In this document: positions 51,056-61,546 of the stretch, one piece after another | Numbering within the stretch: the first letter of the stretch is position 1 | How the letters are laid out: every line of letters starts with the position of its first letter | Origin: Pirellulales bacterium | GTDB lineage: Bacteria > Planctomycetota > Planctomycetia > Pirellulales > UBA1268 | Assembly (NCBI GenBank): GCA_018401745.1 | Contig: JAGYJY010000017.1 | Span: forward strand, 88 to 64,087 | Direction: 5' to 3' | Length of the DNA stretch: 64,000 nt | Position numbers and translations under genes: made by a program | The notes under the pieces: generated by a model | Databases searched by the model: none | Seen by the model: only the letters and a program-made list of their open reading frames with translations | What the model was told of the DNA's origin: nothing

Positions 51056-52306
51056 TCACTGACCGAGGTCGAGCTTCCGCCACTTTCTGTTGGCCTTCAC
51101 CTTCTCGGCAAGATCCGCCGGCACATCGCCATTCTTGAAGACGAGCGATTCGAGCGATTCAATCCCGAGGAGCGTCTCCAGGGATTCTGGGGAGGCGCCC
51201 GTCTCGCGAATCGAGAGCTCCTTGAGCTTCGGCAGGCCGGCGATCACCTCGACCGTGGCGTTGGTCATCCGCGGCAGGCTCCAGATATCGAGCACGGCGA
51301 GCTCTGTGGCGTCAGCCAGGCTTGCCAGCCCCTCGTCACCAACGCTCGTGAGTTCGTGGAGGTAGAGCCGGCGGAGTTTTGGCATCGTGGCGAGCGTCGG
51401 TATGGCAGCGTCGCCCACCTCAGGCAGGTCGCGGAGCGTCAGGCGGTCGAGCACAGGCATGCCAGCAAGGGCCATCACTCCGTCGTTGCCAAAGCCTTGG
51501 CAGCGGAAAATCTCGAGGGAGGTGAGATTTTCGAGCTGGCGGAGCTGCTCGCCGCAGCTGCTGGAAACGGCGAAGTCTTGCATCAGGATCGCCCGCAGCG
51601 AGGGGCTCTGGGCGAGGCCTTCGATGCCACCATCACTGACGATCGTGCTGCGGTGCTTAAATCCCGAGAGCTTGGGAAGCTTTCCGACGACCTTGAGCGT
51701 CATGTCACCGACTTCCATGTTGCCGCGGAGGTCGAGGGCTCGCAGCTGTGAAAGGCTCGACAGGCGACGGCAGTGGAGGTCGTTAAAGCGGTTTTGCAGC
51801 AGGGTGAGCCGCTCAAGGTTTTCCAGCGAACTGATCGGTCGCATTGCCCGGCCGGTGAGGTTGGTGTTGCTGGAGAGGTCGAGCTCACGCAGGTTCGGAA
51901 ACGCCTGTGCGAGCAGCTCCACGGCGGCGTCGGTGATTCCGCTGTTGGTGATTGCCAGGGCGGTGAGGTCGTCGAGCTCTGTCAGTGATGCAGCCATTTC
52001 ATCGTTGAACTCCCGGCAGTTGAGAATCTTCAGGGAGGTCAGCTTCGGCAGCGACGCGAAGAGAGCCACATCGTCGGCCGTGACGGTGGAGCCGTCGGTG
52101 ACGGAGATCGCCGTCACCTCTCCCGACTCCTTGTCGGCTTCGTAGCTGGCAGCCTTGCCCAGCGACTCGATCCGCTCAATCGCTGCGGTGTCTGCAACGC
52201 TCGCCAGAGCGGGCGTTGCCTGTCCGGCGGCCGAGCCGATCGCCAAGGCCGTGGCGACCAACGACATCCATCCTGTCTGACGAAACGCGGCAAGAAACCC
52301 GGTCAC
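51056..52306 (-). CDS. Secreted leucine-rich repeat protein
   Basis: GTG after GAGGAG; signal peptide; repeated LxxLxL units of about 25 aa (LRELDLSSNTNLT, LRALDLRGNMEVGD). Confidence 0.88.
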   Translation of the reverse strand: MTGFLAAFRQTGWMSLVATALAIGSAAGQATPALASVADTAAIERIESLGKAASYEADKESGEVTAISVTDGSTVTADDVALFASLPKLTSLKILNCREFNDEMAASLTELDDLTALAITNSGITDAAVELLAQAFPNLRELDLSSNTNLTGRAMRPISSLENLERLTLLQNRFNDLHCRRLSSLSQLRALDLRGNMEVGDMTLKVVGKLPKLSGFKHRSTIVSDGGIEGLAQSPSLRAILMQDFAVSSSCGEQLRQLENLTSLEIFRCQGFGNDGVMALAGMPVLDRLTLRDLPEVGDAAIPTLATMPKLRRLYLHELTSVGDEGLASLADATELAVLDIWSLPRMTNATVEVIAGLPKLKELSIRETGASPESLETLLGIESLESLVFKNGDVPADLAEKVKANRKWRKLDLGQ

Positions 52307-52487
52307 GGTGCGCACTCCTCTGAAGAAACTGATAACGATCATCGATGGACTGTCGAAGTCCTGAAACAGGGCACCGCCGGTGGAAGCATCACGAAGACGT
52401 TTCCACCGGCGGCCCAATGGTCACATGCGAAAACAACTCTTTCCGCAGATCAGGTCTTTCCGCAGATCCGGAGATCCTGAAACAGGA

Positions 52488-54007
52488 TCAGTCGAGCCGG
52501 TAGCCTTCGGCATAGGTCGGCTTGATCAGGTCGGCCACGTGGGGCGTCTTCAGCGAAGCAAGGTTGGTGACCTTGAGGTTCTTCGCGTCCCACTCGACCT
52601 TCTCACCCCACTCGCCCATCTCGCCGTCGGCACCACCCTCGGCGGCGGCCCAGACAGCCAGGTTGCCCAGCAGGATCGTCTCGGTCAGCGGGCCGGCTCG
52701 CGTGATGAAGTTGGAATGGGCGATCATCGGGTCGCCCGCCTGCTTGGCCCGGAAGAGCTCAAACATGTTGTTCACGTCGTTGCCCTTGCCGGTGTCTTCG
52801 GCCTTCTCGTAGTCGACCTTCCGCTTCTCCACTCCGCGGAGCTCGTAGATACCGCAGTAGTCGTCGGAGCTGTAGAAGGCCCCCTTCTCGCCAACGACGA
52901 GCACGCCGCTGTCGGAGACATTTTCGATGCCCCACTTCTGGAAGACCTCCATCGGGGGCTTGTTGCCCTTGCGGTCGTACCACCAAAAGGGAATCGCCGG
53001 CCGCTCGCTGGTCTCGGGAAACTCAAACTTGATGATCGAGCTGGCCGGGAAGCTGTCGAAGTCGTGGCCGGTCGACTTGGCCTGCACTGAGATCGGGTCC
53101 CTCAGGCCGCACGAGGCAAACGGCACCGTCAGCATGTGGCAGGCCATGTCGCCCAGGGCACCTGTGCCGAAGTCCCACCAGCCGCGATGCTGGAAGGAGT
53201 GGTAGAGGCCGGGCCAGTATTCCCGCGGCGGGGCAACGCCGAGCCAGCTCTTCCAGTCGAGCCGCTCAAGGGCGCGGGCGATCTCCTCGGCCTTGCCGCC
53301 GACGAGCTCGTCAACGATCTCCTTGATCTCAGCAGGATCAGCGCCATCACCTTCCTGTTCGGCGACTTCGGCCGAGGCTTGGGCACGATACATGTCGAGG
53401 TCCATACGGCGGCCGGGGCCCTGGGCCCAGACCGGGCGGTTTGACCAGGCGTAGACCTCCTGCAGCGGGCCGAGCACGCCGGAGCTGATCTGGGCGATCG
53501 CCTCGCGAGAGGAATCGAGCGCGGTGCCCTGATTGCCCATCTGCGTGCAGACGCCCGTCTCTTCGGCAACCTTGGCCAGCAGGCGGGCCTCATAGATCGT
53601 GCGGGTGAGCGGCTTCTGGGTGTAGCAGCTGATGCCCAGACGCATGCAGGCAAGCGTCGCAGGAGCGTGCATGTGGTCGGGCGTGCTGATCGTGCAGATG
53701 TCGATGTCCTTGCCATACTTATCGAGCAACTCGCGGTAGTCGGTGAACTGCTCCGCGTTCTTAAACCTCTCGCCGCGACCCTTGCTCTCAAGCGTGTTGC
53801 GATCGACGTCGCAGATCGCCACGACATTGCCGAACTGGGCAGCGTTCTCAGAGTCGCTGCCCCCTTGCCGCCGACGCCGATCGAAGCGACGTTCATCTGC
53901 TCGATGGCTGAGTTGCTCCAGGCTGGCCGGCTGCCTGCGGCCACGAAGTAGCCGATACCGGCTGCCGAACCTGTGCCAAGAAATCCGCGACGCGTCGTTG
54001 ACGCCAT
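52488..54007 (-). CDS. Tat-exported Gfo/Idh/MocA oxidoreductase; apparent frameshift near 53862
   Basis: TTRRGFLG Tat motif, IGVGGKG, ISTPDHMH, YTQKPLTR, QMGNQG, WWDFGTGALGDMACH. Confidence 0.92.
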
Positions 54008-54218
54008 GGCCTGCTCCTTCTGCTCTTCTCTGGTGGTGTGCGTGATGCCCAGCGGGCAAGCACCGTGTCTTGTTTCCCCAGTCGCGCCGCCCCGTTCGTC
54101 AAGCGCGAGTCCGGCAAATATACTCCAAGCCTGTGGGGGATGCGAACTCATCTGAAGGCCTCTTCGATGCCCAGCATTTCTGCACTTGTGCCCTGTTCTT
54201 GCTCACTCGGAAACTGTC

Positions 54219-55157
54219 ATGCCCATGCCACTCTCACGTCGTCATCTGCTGTCGGCTTCTGCAGCCGTTGCCTCCACTGGCCTGATGTCAGTCGCGTCTG
54301 CCGAGGAGCCTGCCGTGCAGGCCATGCCGCTGCCACCGCATCCGGAGCAGGGTCTGCTCTTTTCATGCAAATACGGCATGACGCAGGGGGAGTCGCTCGA
54401 AGAGCGGCTGCTCTCGGCGAAGGAGGCGGGCATGGATGGTGTCGACTTTGATGGGGCGGCATCGGTGACACCTGAGCAGCTGCGAGCGGCGGCCGCCCAG
54501 ACAGGCGTGTTTATTCACAACGCGATCAACCACGCCCACTGGGGCAAGACGCTGACGAGTGCCGACGAGGCCGTGCGAGCGGAGGCGGTGGCCAACCTCA
54601 AGCATTGCCTTCGCGTGTCGCACGCGGCCGGTGGCAGCGGCGTGCTGATCGTGGTGGGCGTCAACGGCGATGGGCCGGAGGGGCCGGATCGTGCCCGTGA
54701 GGAGATCTCCAAGGCGATCCCGCTCGCTGCGGCGCTCGGCCAGCGGATTCTCTTTGAGAACGTCTGGAACGGCATGTTTTATGAAGACGATGGGCCTCGC
54801 GATCAGTCAGCGCAGCCTCTGGCCGACTACATCGACAGCTTCAACAGCCCGTGGGTGGGCTCCTTCTTCGACCTGGGCAACCACGCCCGCTATGGCGACA
54901 TCGCCGAGTGGATCCGCGTGCTCGGTCCGCGGATTGTGAAGCTCGACATCAAGGGCTACTCCAATGCCAAGGCGGATGCTGAGGGTAAATGGAAGGGCTT
55001 TGTCGAGATCACCGGGGGCGACATCGACTGGGCGAATGTGCGGGCCGCCCTCAAAGACATCGGCTTCACCGGCTGGGTGTCGGCTGAGGTGGGCGGCGGC
55101 GATACGGCCCGCCTGAAGGTCGTGCTCGAGCAGATGAAGGAAGCCCTGCTGGGCTAA
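54219..55157 (+). CDS. Tat-exported sugar phosphate isomerase/epimerase (AP endonuclease 2 / xylose isomerase-like TIM barrel)
   Basis: LSRRHLL leader; ILFENVWN, FDLGNH, KLDIKGY, GWVSAE. Confidence 0.88.
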   Translation: MPMPLSRRHLLSASAAVASTGLMSVASAEEPAVQAMPLPPHPEQGLLFSCKYGMTQGESLEERLLSAKEAGMDGVDFDGAASVTPEQLRAAAAQTGVFIHNAINHAHWGKTLTSADEAVRAEAVANLKHCLRVSHAAGGSGVLIVVGVNGDGPEGPDRAREEISKAIPLAAALGQRILFENVWNGMFYEDDGPRDQSAQPLADYIDSFNSPWVGSFFDLGNHARYGDIAEWIRVLGPRIVKLDIKGYSNAKADAEGKWKGFVEITGGDIDWANVRAALKDIGFTGWVSAEVGGGDTARLKVVLEQMKEALLG

Positions 55158-55233
55158 ACCTTTTTCACTCTTCCCTCACCTCCCTGTCTCATTCCTTCTC
55201 CTTCTCTCTCTCCAGTTTCCAAGGCACACGTCC

Positions 55234-56574
55234 ATGACGCGTTCACGCTTGCTCGTTGCATGTTTGCTCACCATCACCGTCTGCGGGTTTGGGGTTCGGC
55301 AGGCCGCTGCCGAAGCCGCCCGCTGGCCGCAGTGGCGGGGTGGTGATGGGCATGGAATCGCGGCGGGGCAGTCGCTGCCAGTGCACTGGTCGAAGAGCGA
55401 GAACGTGCTCTGGCGAACGCTGCTGCCCGGCCGTGCGGGGGCCACGCCCTGCATCTGGGATGATGCGGTTTATCTCACCAGCAACGAAGGTGACGATCTC
55501 GTGCTCGTCTGTCTGGGCCGCGAGAATGGCGAGATTCGCTGGAAGAAGACGGTCACCAGCGGCAATCAGGATGCCCGCAGCGGTGAGGGCAACTCGGCAA
55601 GCCCGTCGCCGTCAACGGATGGCGAGCATGTGTGGGTGTTTTTCGGCACTGGTGTGCTCGCCTGCTACACCTGCGATGGCGAAGAGGTCTGGAAGTTCAA
55701 CGTTGGCGACCGCTTCGGCAGGCTTGATATTCAGTTTGGGATGACGAGCACGCCGGTGCTCGATGGCGACGCCCTCTATCTGCAGCTCCTGCATGGCCCG
55801 ATGCGGCTCGATGATCAGACGCGAATCGGCAAGGTGATCCGGCTCGACAAGAAGACCGGCGAGACGGTCTGGGAGTTTGACCGCATCACCAACGCGCAGT
55901 TTGAGTGCAAGCACTCCTATGCGTCGCCGTTTCTCTACCGAGCGGACGGCCGCGAGTTTCTGCTGGTGCACGGGGCCGACTGCATCACGGGCCACGCGCT
56001 CGACGATGGCCGTGAGCTGTGGCGGTTTGGTGGGCTCAACGGCCCCACCGACCTCAATCCTAAGCAGCACGACGGCACCTTTCGTTTCGTTGCTTCCCCA
56101 GGATTTGCCCCAGGCACGATTGTCGTGCCCACAGCCAAGGCCGGCCCGACGGTCTGCCTGAATGTCAACGACGACCTCACAGGCGACTGCACGGGCAAGG
56201 CGTCGGTCGTTCGCTGGGTGCTGCCCGTCACACCAGACGTGAGCATTCCGCTGATTGCTGACGGGCTTGTCTATCTGCTCCACAAGGATGGAAAGCTGCA
56301 GTGTGTGGAGCTCGAGAGCGGCGCGGAGGTCTATTTCGAGCGGACCCACACCGGGCAGCACCGCACCAGCCCGCTGCTGGCCGACGGCCGGCTCTACTTT
56401 GGCTCCAACGACGGCTGGGTGTCGATCGTGAAGGCCGGCCGTGATTTTGAGCTGATCGAATCGGTCGATCTTGGTGAGCAGGTCTCCTCCTCGCCAATCG
56501 CCGTCGACAACACGCTCTACATCCGCTCCGGCGACGCGATGTATGCGATCGGCAACGGCGAGGCGGCTGAGTGA
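55234..56574 (+). CDS. PQQ-binding-like beta-propeller repeat protein (BamB-like)
   Basis: Signal peptide, WPQWRG, LPVHWSKSENVLW, repeated G...W docking motifs, SSPIAVDNTLYIRS. Confidence 0.9.
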   Translation: MTRSRLLVACLLTITVCGFGVRQAAAEAARWPQWRGGDGHGIAAGQSLPVHWSKSENVLWRTLLPGRAGATPCIWDDAVYLTSNEGDDLVLVCLGRENGEIRWKKTVTSGNQDARSGEGNSASPSPSTDGEHVWVFFGTGVLACYTCDGEEVWKFNVGDRFGRLDIQFGMTSTPVLDGDALYLQLLHGPMRLDDQTRIGKVIRLDKKTGETVWEFDRITNAQFECKHSYASPFLYRADGREFLLVHGADCITGHALDDGRELWRFGGLNGPTDLNPKQHDGTFRFVASPGFAPGTIVVPTAKAGPTVCLNVNDDLTGDCTGKASVVRWVLPVTPDVSIPLIADGLVYLLHKDGKLQCVELESGAEVYFERTHTGQHRTSPLLADGRLYFGSNDGWVSIVKAGRDFELIESVDLGEQVSSSPIAVDNTLYIRSGDAMYAIGNGEAAE

Positions 56575-56599
56575 ATCGGCCGGCTGCGAGCCAACATGG

Positions 56600-57883
56600 C
56601 TAGTCGATGAGAAAGCCGTAGCTGCCGTCGTCAGCCTTGATGATTCGAACCATCGGCTGCTGGAGCTGACCACCGCCCTCATCGCCTGAAGCGCTGAGCG
56701 ATTCCGGCTGGGTGATCTCGCCGCCATTGCGGGTGAGGAAGGGAGCGAGCGTGTCGCGGTCGAGATCGCCGCGCACCGTGCGGACAGAGCCGTCGGCGAA
56801 GCCAACAAGGCCGACACGTTCTCCCGGCGAGGCTCCAGGATGCGGTGCACCGATGCCCGCCGGCTTGCCCACTCCGGGAAAAGCCTCATCAAAGACGATG
56901 TCTTCCGGCTTGGTCCAGGGAATCTTCCGTTCGGGATCAACTGTGGCAAACATGATCGTGTTGGACGTGCCGTCGGTCACGTCGCGAAAATGCAGTTTCT
57001 TGCGACTGAGGCATGCCGGGAAGTCGTCTGGCGACTGCATCTTCACCAGATTGGGGGCGAAGAGCGCGTTGTCGCCAACAATCGCGGCATAGTTCGTCAA
57101 CGCCCCTTCGCCTTCCACTGCTGGATCTCGATAGACGTTGACCACAGTCTCGCTGACCTGCCGATTCGCCGGCGAATCCCACGGCTGTGAGAAGTCGTAC
57201 TGCTCGTAGAGAGCCTGTTGCTCGAGAAAGGGGAGGAGGAGCACTCGCCAGGAGTGCCAGGGCTTGCCGTCTGGGCCGTAGATCACCGCCGGGGGGAAGC
57301 TGCGATAGGCATCGGCGTAGTTGTGGAAGGCAAGCCCGATCTGCTTGAGATTGTTCATCGACGCTGAGCGGCGGGCGGCTGCTCGGGCTGCCTCCATCGC
57401 TCCGAGAAGGCCACCGTCGGCATCGAGCGGCTTGCTCGTCAGCACATCAGGGAGCTCGCGAAGCTGCCGCGTCGTGGCTGGCGCGATGCGTCCTCCCGCG
57501 CCCATCTCGCCAGAAAACGGCCGGAAGAGCACAGCAGGCCCCCGCCGCATCGCGGCGGCGGCCCCATCGCCAAAGGCGACGAGCATTTCGCCATCCTTGA
57601 GCACCTCGCGGACGTCCACGCGGATAAGCGTGTCGAACGGGCCTCGGCCTGAAGACGAAAGGAGCATCACCCCAAGGCCTTCACTGGCCGAAAAGAACGG
57701 CGTCTGCGGCCGAGCCTTCACGATCGCAGTCTTTGCCTCACGGTCAACCGAGTCGATCTGATGGGTGGGCTCCCGGAAGAAGGGCATGCTCATCTCGACG
57801 CGGTCTTCTCCGCGGGCCGAAGAGGGCAGCAGGAAAAGGCTGCCCACAGCGAGCAGGAACAGACATACAGCCATTCGTGACAT
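56600..57883 (-). CDS. DUF1559-domain protein with a Sec-type signal and an extra N-terminal domain instead of a prepilin leader
   Basis: [25 protein letters not shown]; internal [53 protein letters not shown]. Confidence 0.82.
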   Translation of the reverse strand: MSRMAVCLFLLAVGSLFLLPSSARGEDRVEMSMPFFREPTHQIDSVDREAKTAIVKARPQTPFFSASEGLGVMLLSSSGRGPFDTLIRVDVREVLKDGEMLVAFGDGAAAAMRRGPAVLFRPFSGEMGAGGRIAPATTRQLRELPDVLTSKPLDADGGLLGAMEAARAAARRSASMNNLKQIGLAFHNYADAYRSFPPAVIYGPDGKPWHSWRVLLLPFLEQQALYEQYDFSQPWDSPANRQVSETVVNVYRDPAVEGEGALTNYAAIVGDNALFAPNLVKMQSPDDFPACLSRKKLHFRDVTDGTSNTIMFATVDPERKIPWTKPEDIVFDEAFPGVGKPAGIGAPHPGASPGERVGLVGFADGSVRTVRGDLDRDTLAPFLTRNGGEITQPESLSASGDEGGGQLQQPMVRIIKADDGSYGFLID

Positions 57884-58129
57884 GATCCACCTCGAAGAAG
57901 AAGGAAGCAGGTTCAGAGGCTGGGCGGAGACCCAGGCTCGCCAGGGTTTGGGTCGTTGGTCTCCCGCATTCTCGGCAAAGAATATCACCGTTTCCACTGG
58001 CGTTGGTCTCTCCACTACACTGCCACGCAGCAAAAAAGGGGAACGAGACTGCTTGTTTCCCCTTTCGGTCATCCAGTCGCCGCTGGGGTCTGTTGAGCCT
58101 CGGCACTCTTGGAGGAGGTCACCTGCACG

Positions 58130-59209
58130 ATGCACTCACCCGTGAAGATTCTCGTTGTTGGCTGCGGACACATGGGTATCTCGCATGCCAAGGCCTACCA
58201 CGCCATGCCGGGCTTCGAGATCGTGGGCATCGTGGCCCGGGGGGAGGCTTCGCGAAAGAACCTGCTTGAGGCAGTCGGAGCCGACTACCCGCAGTTTTCC
58301 GACTACACCGAGGCGCTTGCCGCCACCAAGCCGGGTGCGGTTTCCATCAACACGTATCCCGACACCCATGCCGACTATGCGATCGCGGCCTTTGAGGCGG
58401 GCTGCCATGTGTTTCTTGAGAAGCCGATCGCGGTGACGATTGCCGACGCGGAAAAGGTCGTGGCCGCAGCCAAGGCGGCGGGCAAGAAGCTGGTGATTGG
58501 CTATATCTTGCGGGTGCACCCAACCTGGAAGCGGTTCATCGAGGTGGCCCAGACGCTCGGCACGCCGCTGGTGATGCGGATGAACCTCAACCAGCAGTCG
58601 CAGGGCGACATGTGGAAGACGCACAAGTCGCTGATGGACTCGATGTCGCCGATCGTCGACTGCGGTGTGCACTATGTCGACGTGATGTGTCAGATGACCC
58701 GCTCCAAGCCGATCCGCGTATCGGCCATCGGCGCAAGGCTCTCCGATGAGCTGGTGCCCGGGATGTACAACTACGGCAACCTGCAGGTGACGTTTGCCGA
58801 TGGATCGGTCGGCTGGTATGAGGCGGGCTGGGGGCCGATGGTCAGCGAGACCGCCTACTTTGTGAAGGATGTGATCGGGCCGAAGGGGTCGGTGAGCATC
58901 TCCGGCGTGAAGGAGGGGGAAGCGGCGACCGACGACGTCAACGCCCACTCCAAGGCAGCGGCTCTTAAGCTCCATCACGGTGAACTCGCCGCTGATGGCT
59001 CCTTTGCCAAGCCAGACGAGATTCTCGACTGCGCCGATGAGCCTGATCACGACGGCCTCTGCCGGGCCGAGCAAGAGTTTTTCCTCGACGCGATCGAGAA
59101 CGACCGCGATCTCTCCGACCACATGGACGACGCGGTCTCGAGCCTTCGCATCGTGCTCGCCGCCGATGAGGCCTACCGCACTGGCACGACGGTCGCACTG
59201 CCTGGCTGA
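58130..59209 (+). CDS. Cytoplasmic Gfo/Idh/MocA oxidoreductase
   Basis: GGAGGAGG upstream; [26 protein letters not shown]. Confidence 0.92.
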   Translation: MHSPVKILVVGCGHMGISHAKAYHAMPGFEIVGIVARGEASRKNLLEAVGADYPQFSDYTEALAATKPGAVSINTYPDTHADYAIAAFEAGCHVFLEKPIAVTIADAEKVVAAAKAAGKKLVIGYILRVHPTWKRFIEVAQTLGTPLVMRMNLNQQSQGDMWKTHKSLMDSMSPIVDCGVHYVDVMCQMTRSKPIRVSAIGARLSDELVPGMYNYGNLQVTFADGSVGWYEAGWGPMVSETAYFVKDVIGPKGSVSISGVKEGEAATDDVNAHSKAAALKLHHGELAADGSFAKPDEILDCADEPDHDGLCRAEQEFFLDAIENDRDLSDHMDDAVSSLRIVLAADEAYRTGTTVALPG

Positions 59210-59447
59210 GGCAGCGGATCTCCAGCGTTTTTTACGACGCGGGAAGCCAAACGCCTCCGGAAAAGGCCGGCACGGCCGCGCTGGGCAACGCGTGCGGCCA
59301 TGGTTGGGCAGATGCCCCGGGGGCAACTCGGCAAAAAAACCGCTCTAACAACGCGGCCGCTTCGTTGCTACAACCCGCTGGAACTGGGGTCCCAACGGCT
59401 GGGAGCACCCGCCAACCGTCGCGGGCTGCCATAAAGCGGGGCTAAAA

Positions 59448-60036
59448 ATGCTTTTCTCTTCTCTCGATTGTCGCTTGGTTTGTGGTGATGGTCGTGCTGA
59501 TGTCGCTGATCGAGCATCAGGTCCACCGCCGGTTGATGCACCGAAAGCCGCGAAACCCGCTGCTCAAGAAACTGCATGCCCGGCAGCGGATTTTCACGAG
59601 CCACGCTGTGGAGCATCACAGCCAGTATCGCAAGGTCTTTCATGATGACCCGCTGCCGCCTGGTGACGACCGGGGCATTCGCCTCAACCTCATCGAGGGG
59701 CTGCTTGAGTGTCTTCCCCTGAGCCTGATTCTTGGGCTTGTGGCGTACACCACCGGGCTGACCACGTTTTATAGTGCCGCGATTGTCTGGCCGGCGGTGG
59801 TCGCTCTCCACCACACGATCTGGAATCAGATTCATCTGGAGATGCACCAGCCGAAGAAGCGGTTTTTTGCAGACTGGCAGGCCTATAAGTTCGTCGCCAG
59901 GCACCACTTTCTGCACCATCGCTATCCCGACAAAAACTTCAACGTCGCCTTTCCGGTCGGAGACTTTCTCTGCGGCACGATCGCCCGTCCGTCGAATGCC
60001 GACTGGGACGCGATGCGGGCCGAAGGCATCGCCTGA
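59448..60036 (+). CDS. Fatty acid hydroxylase / sterol desaturase-like membrane di-iron protein; start uncertain (possible frameshift at ~59460)
   Basis: His boxes HRRLMH, HAVEHH, HLEMH and HHFLHH, followed by KNFNV. The main ORF is 59482..60036; the upstream ATG 59448 is in another frame across a CT-rich run. Confidence 0.72.
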
Positions 60037-60178
60037 CAGCCTGGTGCGACCAAGGCGAGCGCCAGCTTTCGCAGCCGCGGGCTGCCGCTTCCCGGGCTTC
60101 TGTTGGGCGTCGGGCTACGCTTGGGCGTCGCGGATCTGCCGCTCGTAAACCATCGCCAGCCTTGGGGAGCGAGATCGC

Positions 60179-61537
60179 ATGCACGCGTCCGACGAGTCGT
60201 CGAGCGATGGCCGCCGGCTGACCCCTGTGCTCGGCACCTGGCAGCTATGGGGGCTGGCCGTGGGCCTAGTGATCTCTGGCGAATACTTCGGCTGGAGCTA
60301 CGGCTGGGCCCAGGCTGGCACGCTCGGCTTCCTCGTGACCACGCTCGTGGTGGCGGTGATGTACACGAGCTTCATCTTCAGCTTCACCGAGCTCACCACG
60401 GCTATTCCCGATGCCGGCGGCCCCTTCGCCTACGCCCGGCGGGCCTTTGGGCCACTGGGAGGTGCGATCGCCGGCTGGGCCACGCTGATCGAGTTTGTGT
60501 TTGCGCCGCCGGCGATCGCTCTGGCAATCGGTGCGTATGTCGGCGTGCAGTTTCCCGGCCTGGAGCCGACCTGGACGGCGGTGGGGGCTTACGCAGTGTT
60601 TATGACGCTCAACATTCTCGGTGTCACCATCGCTGCCAACTTCGAGCTGTTTGTGACGCTGCTGGCTGTCGGTGAGCTGCTCGTGTTTATGGGGGTGGTC
60701 GCTCCGGGCTTCTCATGGGCGAACTTCACCGCCGGCGGCTGGGCCGGCAGCGACAGCTTCAGCCCGCAGGCGATCGGCGGCATTCTGGCAGCGACGCCGT
60801 TTGCGATCTGGTTTTTCTTGGCAATCGAAGGCGTGGCGATGGCCGCCGAGGAGGCCCGTGAGCCCCACCGCACGATTCCCCGTGCCTACATCGGCGGCAT
60901 GCTCACGCTCGTCGCGTTGGCCCTGGGGGTGATGTTTTTTGCTGGCGGCGTGGGCGACTGGTCGGAACTGGCCAACATCAACGATCCGCTGCCCCAGGCG
61001 ATGAAGAAGGTCGTCGGCGACTCCAGCGGCTGGCTGCACATGCTCGTCTGGCTCGGCCTGTTCGGGCTCGTGGCCTCCTTTCACGGGATCATCATGGGCT
61101 ACTCGCGGCAGATATTTGCAATGGCCCGCGCCGGCTACCTGCCGCGGCGACTGGCGACCCTGCATCCCACCCGCGGCACGCCTTGGGTGGCGATCCTGGC
61201 CGGCGGGCTTGTGGGGATCGCGGCTATTTTCAGCGACTCAGTGATTGCGTTTGGTGGCCAGCCGCTGACGGCCAACATCGTGACCATGGCGGTGCTCGGT
61301 GCGATGGTGATGTATATCTCCGCGATGGCCAGCCTCTTCGCGCTGCGTCGCCGCGAGCCCGATCTGCCTAGATCCTTTCCGGCCATCGGCTATCCGTGGG
61401 TTCCGGGGATTGCCCTCGTGCTGGCTGTCGTTTGCCTCGGCACCGTGATCTGGTCGAATCCTGGGGTGAGCCTTGCCTTCGGCGGGCTGATGACAACAGC
61501 GGTCGCCGGAAACATGCTCTTCGGTGTGGAGCGATGA
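60179..61537 (+). CDS. eat: Ethanolamine permease (APC family)
   Basis: LWGLAVGLVISGEYFGWSYG, ELTTAIPDAGGPF, FAIWFFLAIEGVAMAAEE; directly upstream of eutB. Confidence 0.92.
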   Translation: MHASDESSSDGRRLTPVLGTWQLWGLAVGLVISGEYFGWSYGWAQAGTLGFLVTTLVVAVMYTSFIFSFTELTTAIPDAGGPFAYARRAFGPLGGAIAGWATLIEFVFAPPAIALAIGAYVGVQFPGLEPTWTAVGAYAVFMTLNILGVTIAANFELFVTLLAVGELLVFMGVVAPGFSWANFTAGGWAGSDSFSPQAIGGILAATPFAIWFFLAIEGVAMAAEEAREPHRTIPRAYIGGMLTLVALALGVMFFAGGVGDWSELANINDPLPQAMKKVVGDSSGWLHMLVWLGLFGLVASFHGIIMGYSRQIFAMARAGYLPRRLATLHPTRGTPWVAILAGGLVGIAAIFSDSVIAFGGQPLTANIVTMAVLGAMVMYISAMASLFALRRREPDLPRSFPAIGYPWVPGIALVLAVVCLGTVIWSNPGVSLAFGGLMTTAVAGNMLFGVER

Positions 61538-61546
61538 GGATTTTCC

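Noticed and set aside
59210-60178. Cobalamin riboswitch or ANTAR hairpins controlling the eut genes
   Set aside because: No B12-box or paired hexaloop hairpins recognised; only generic GC-rich stems.
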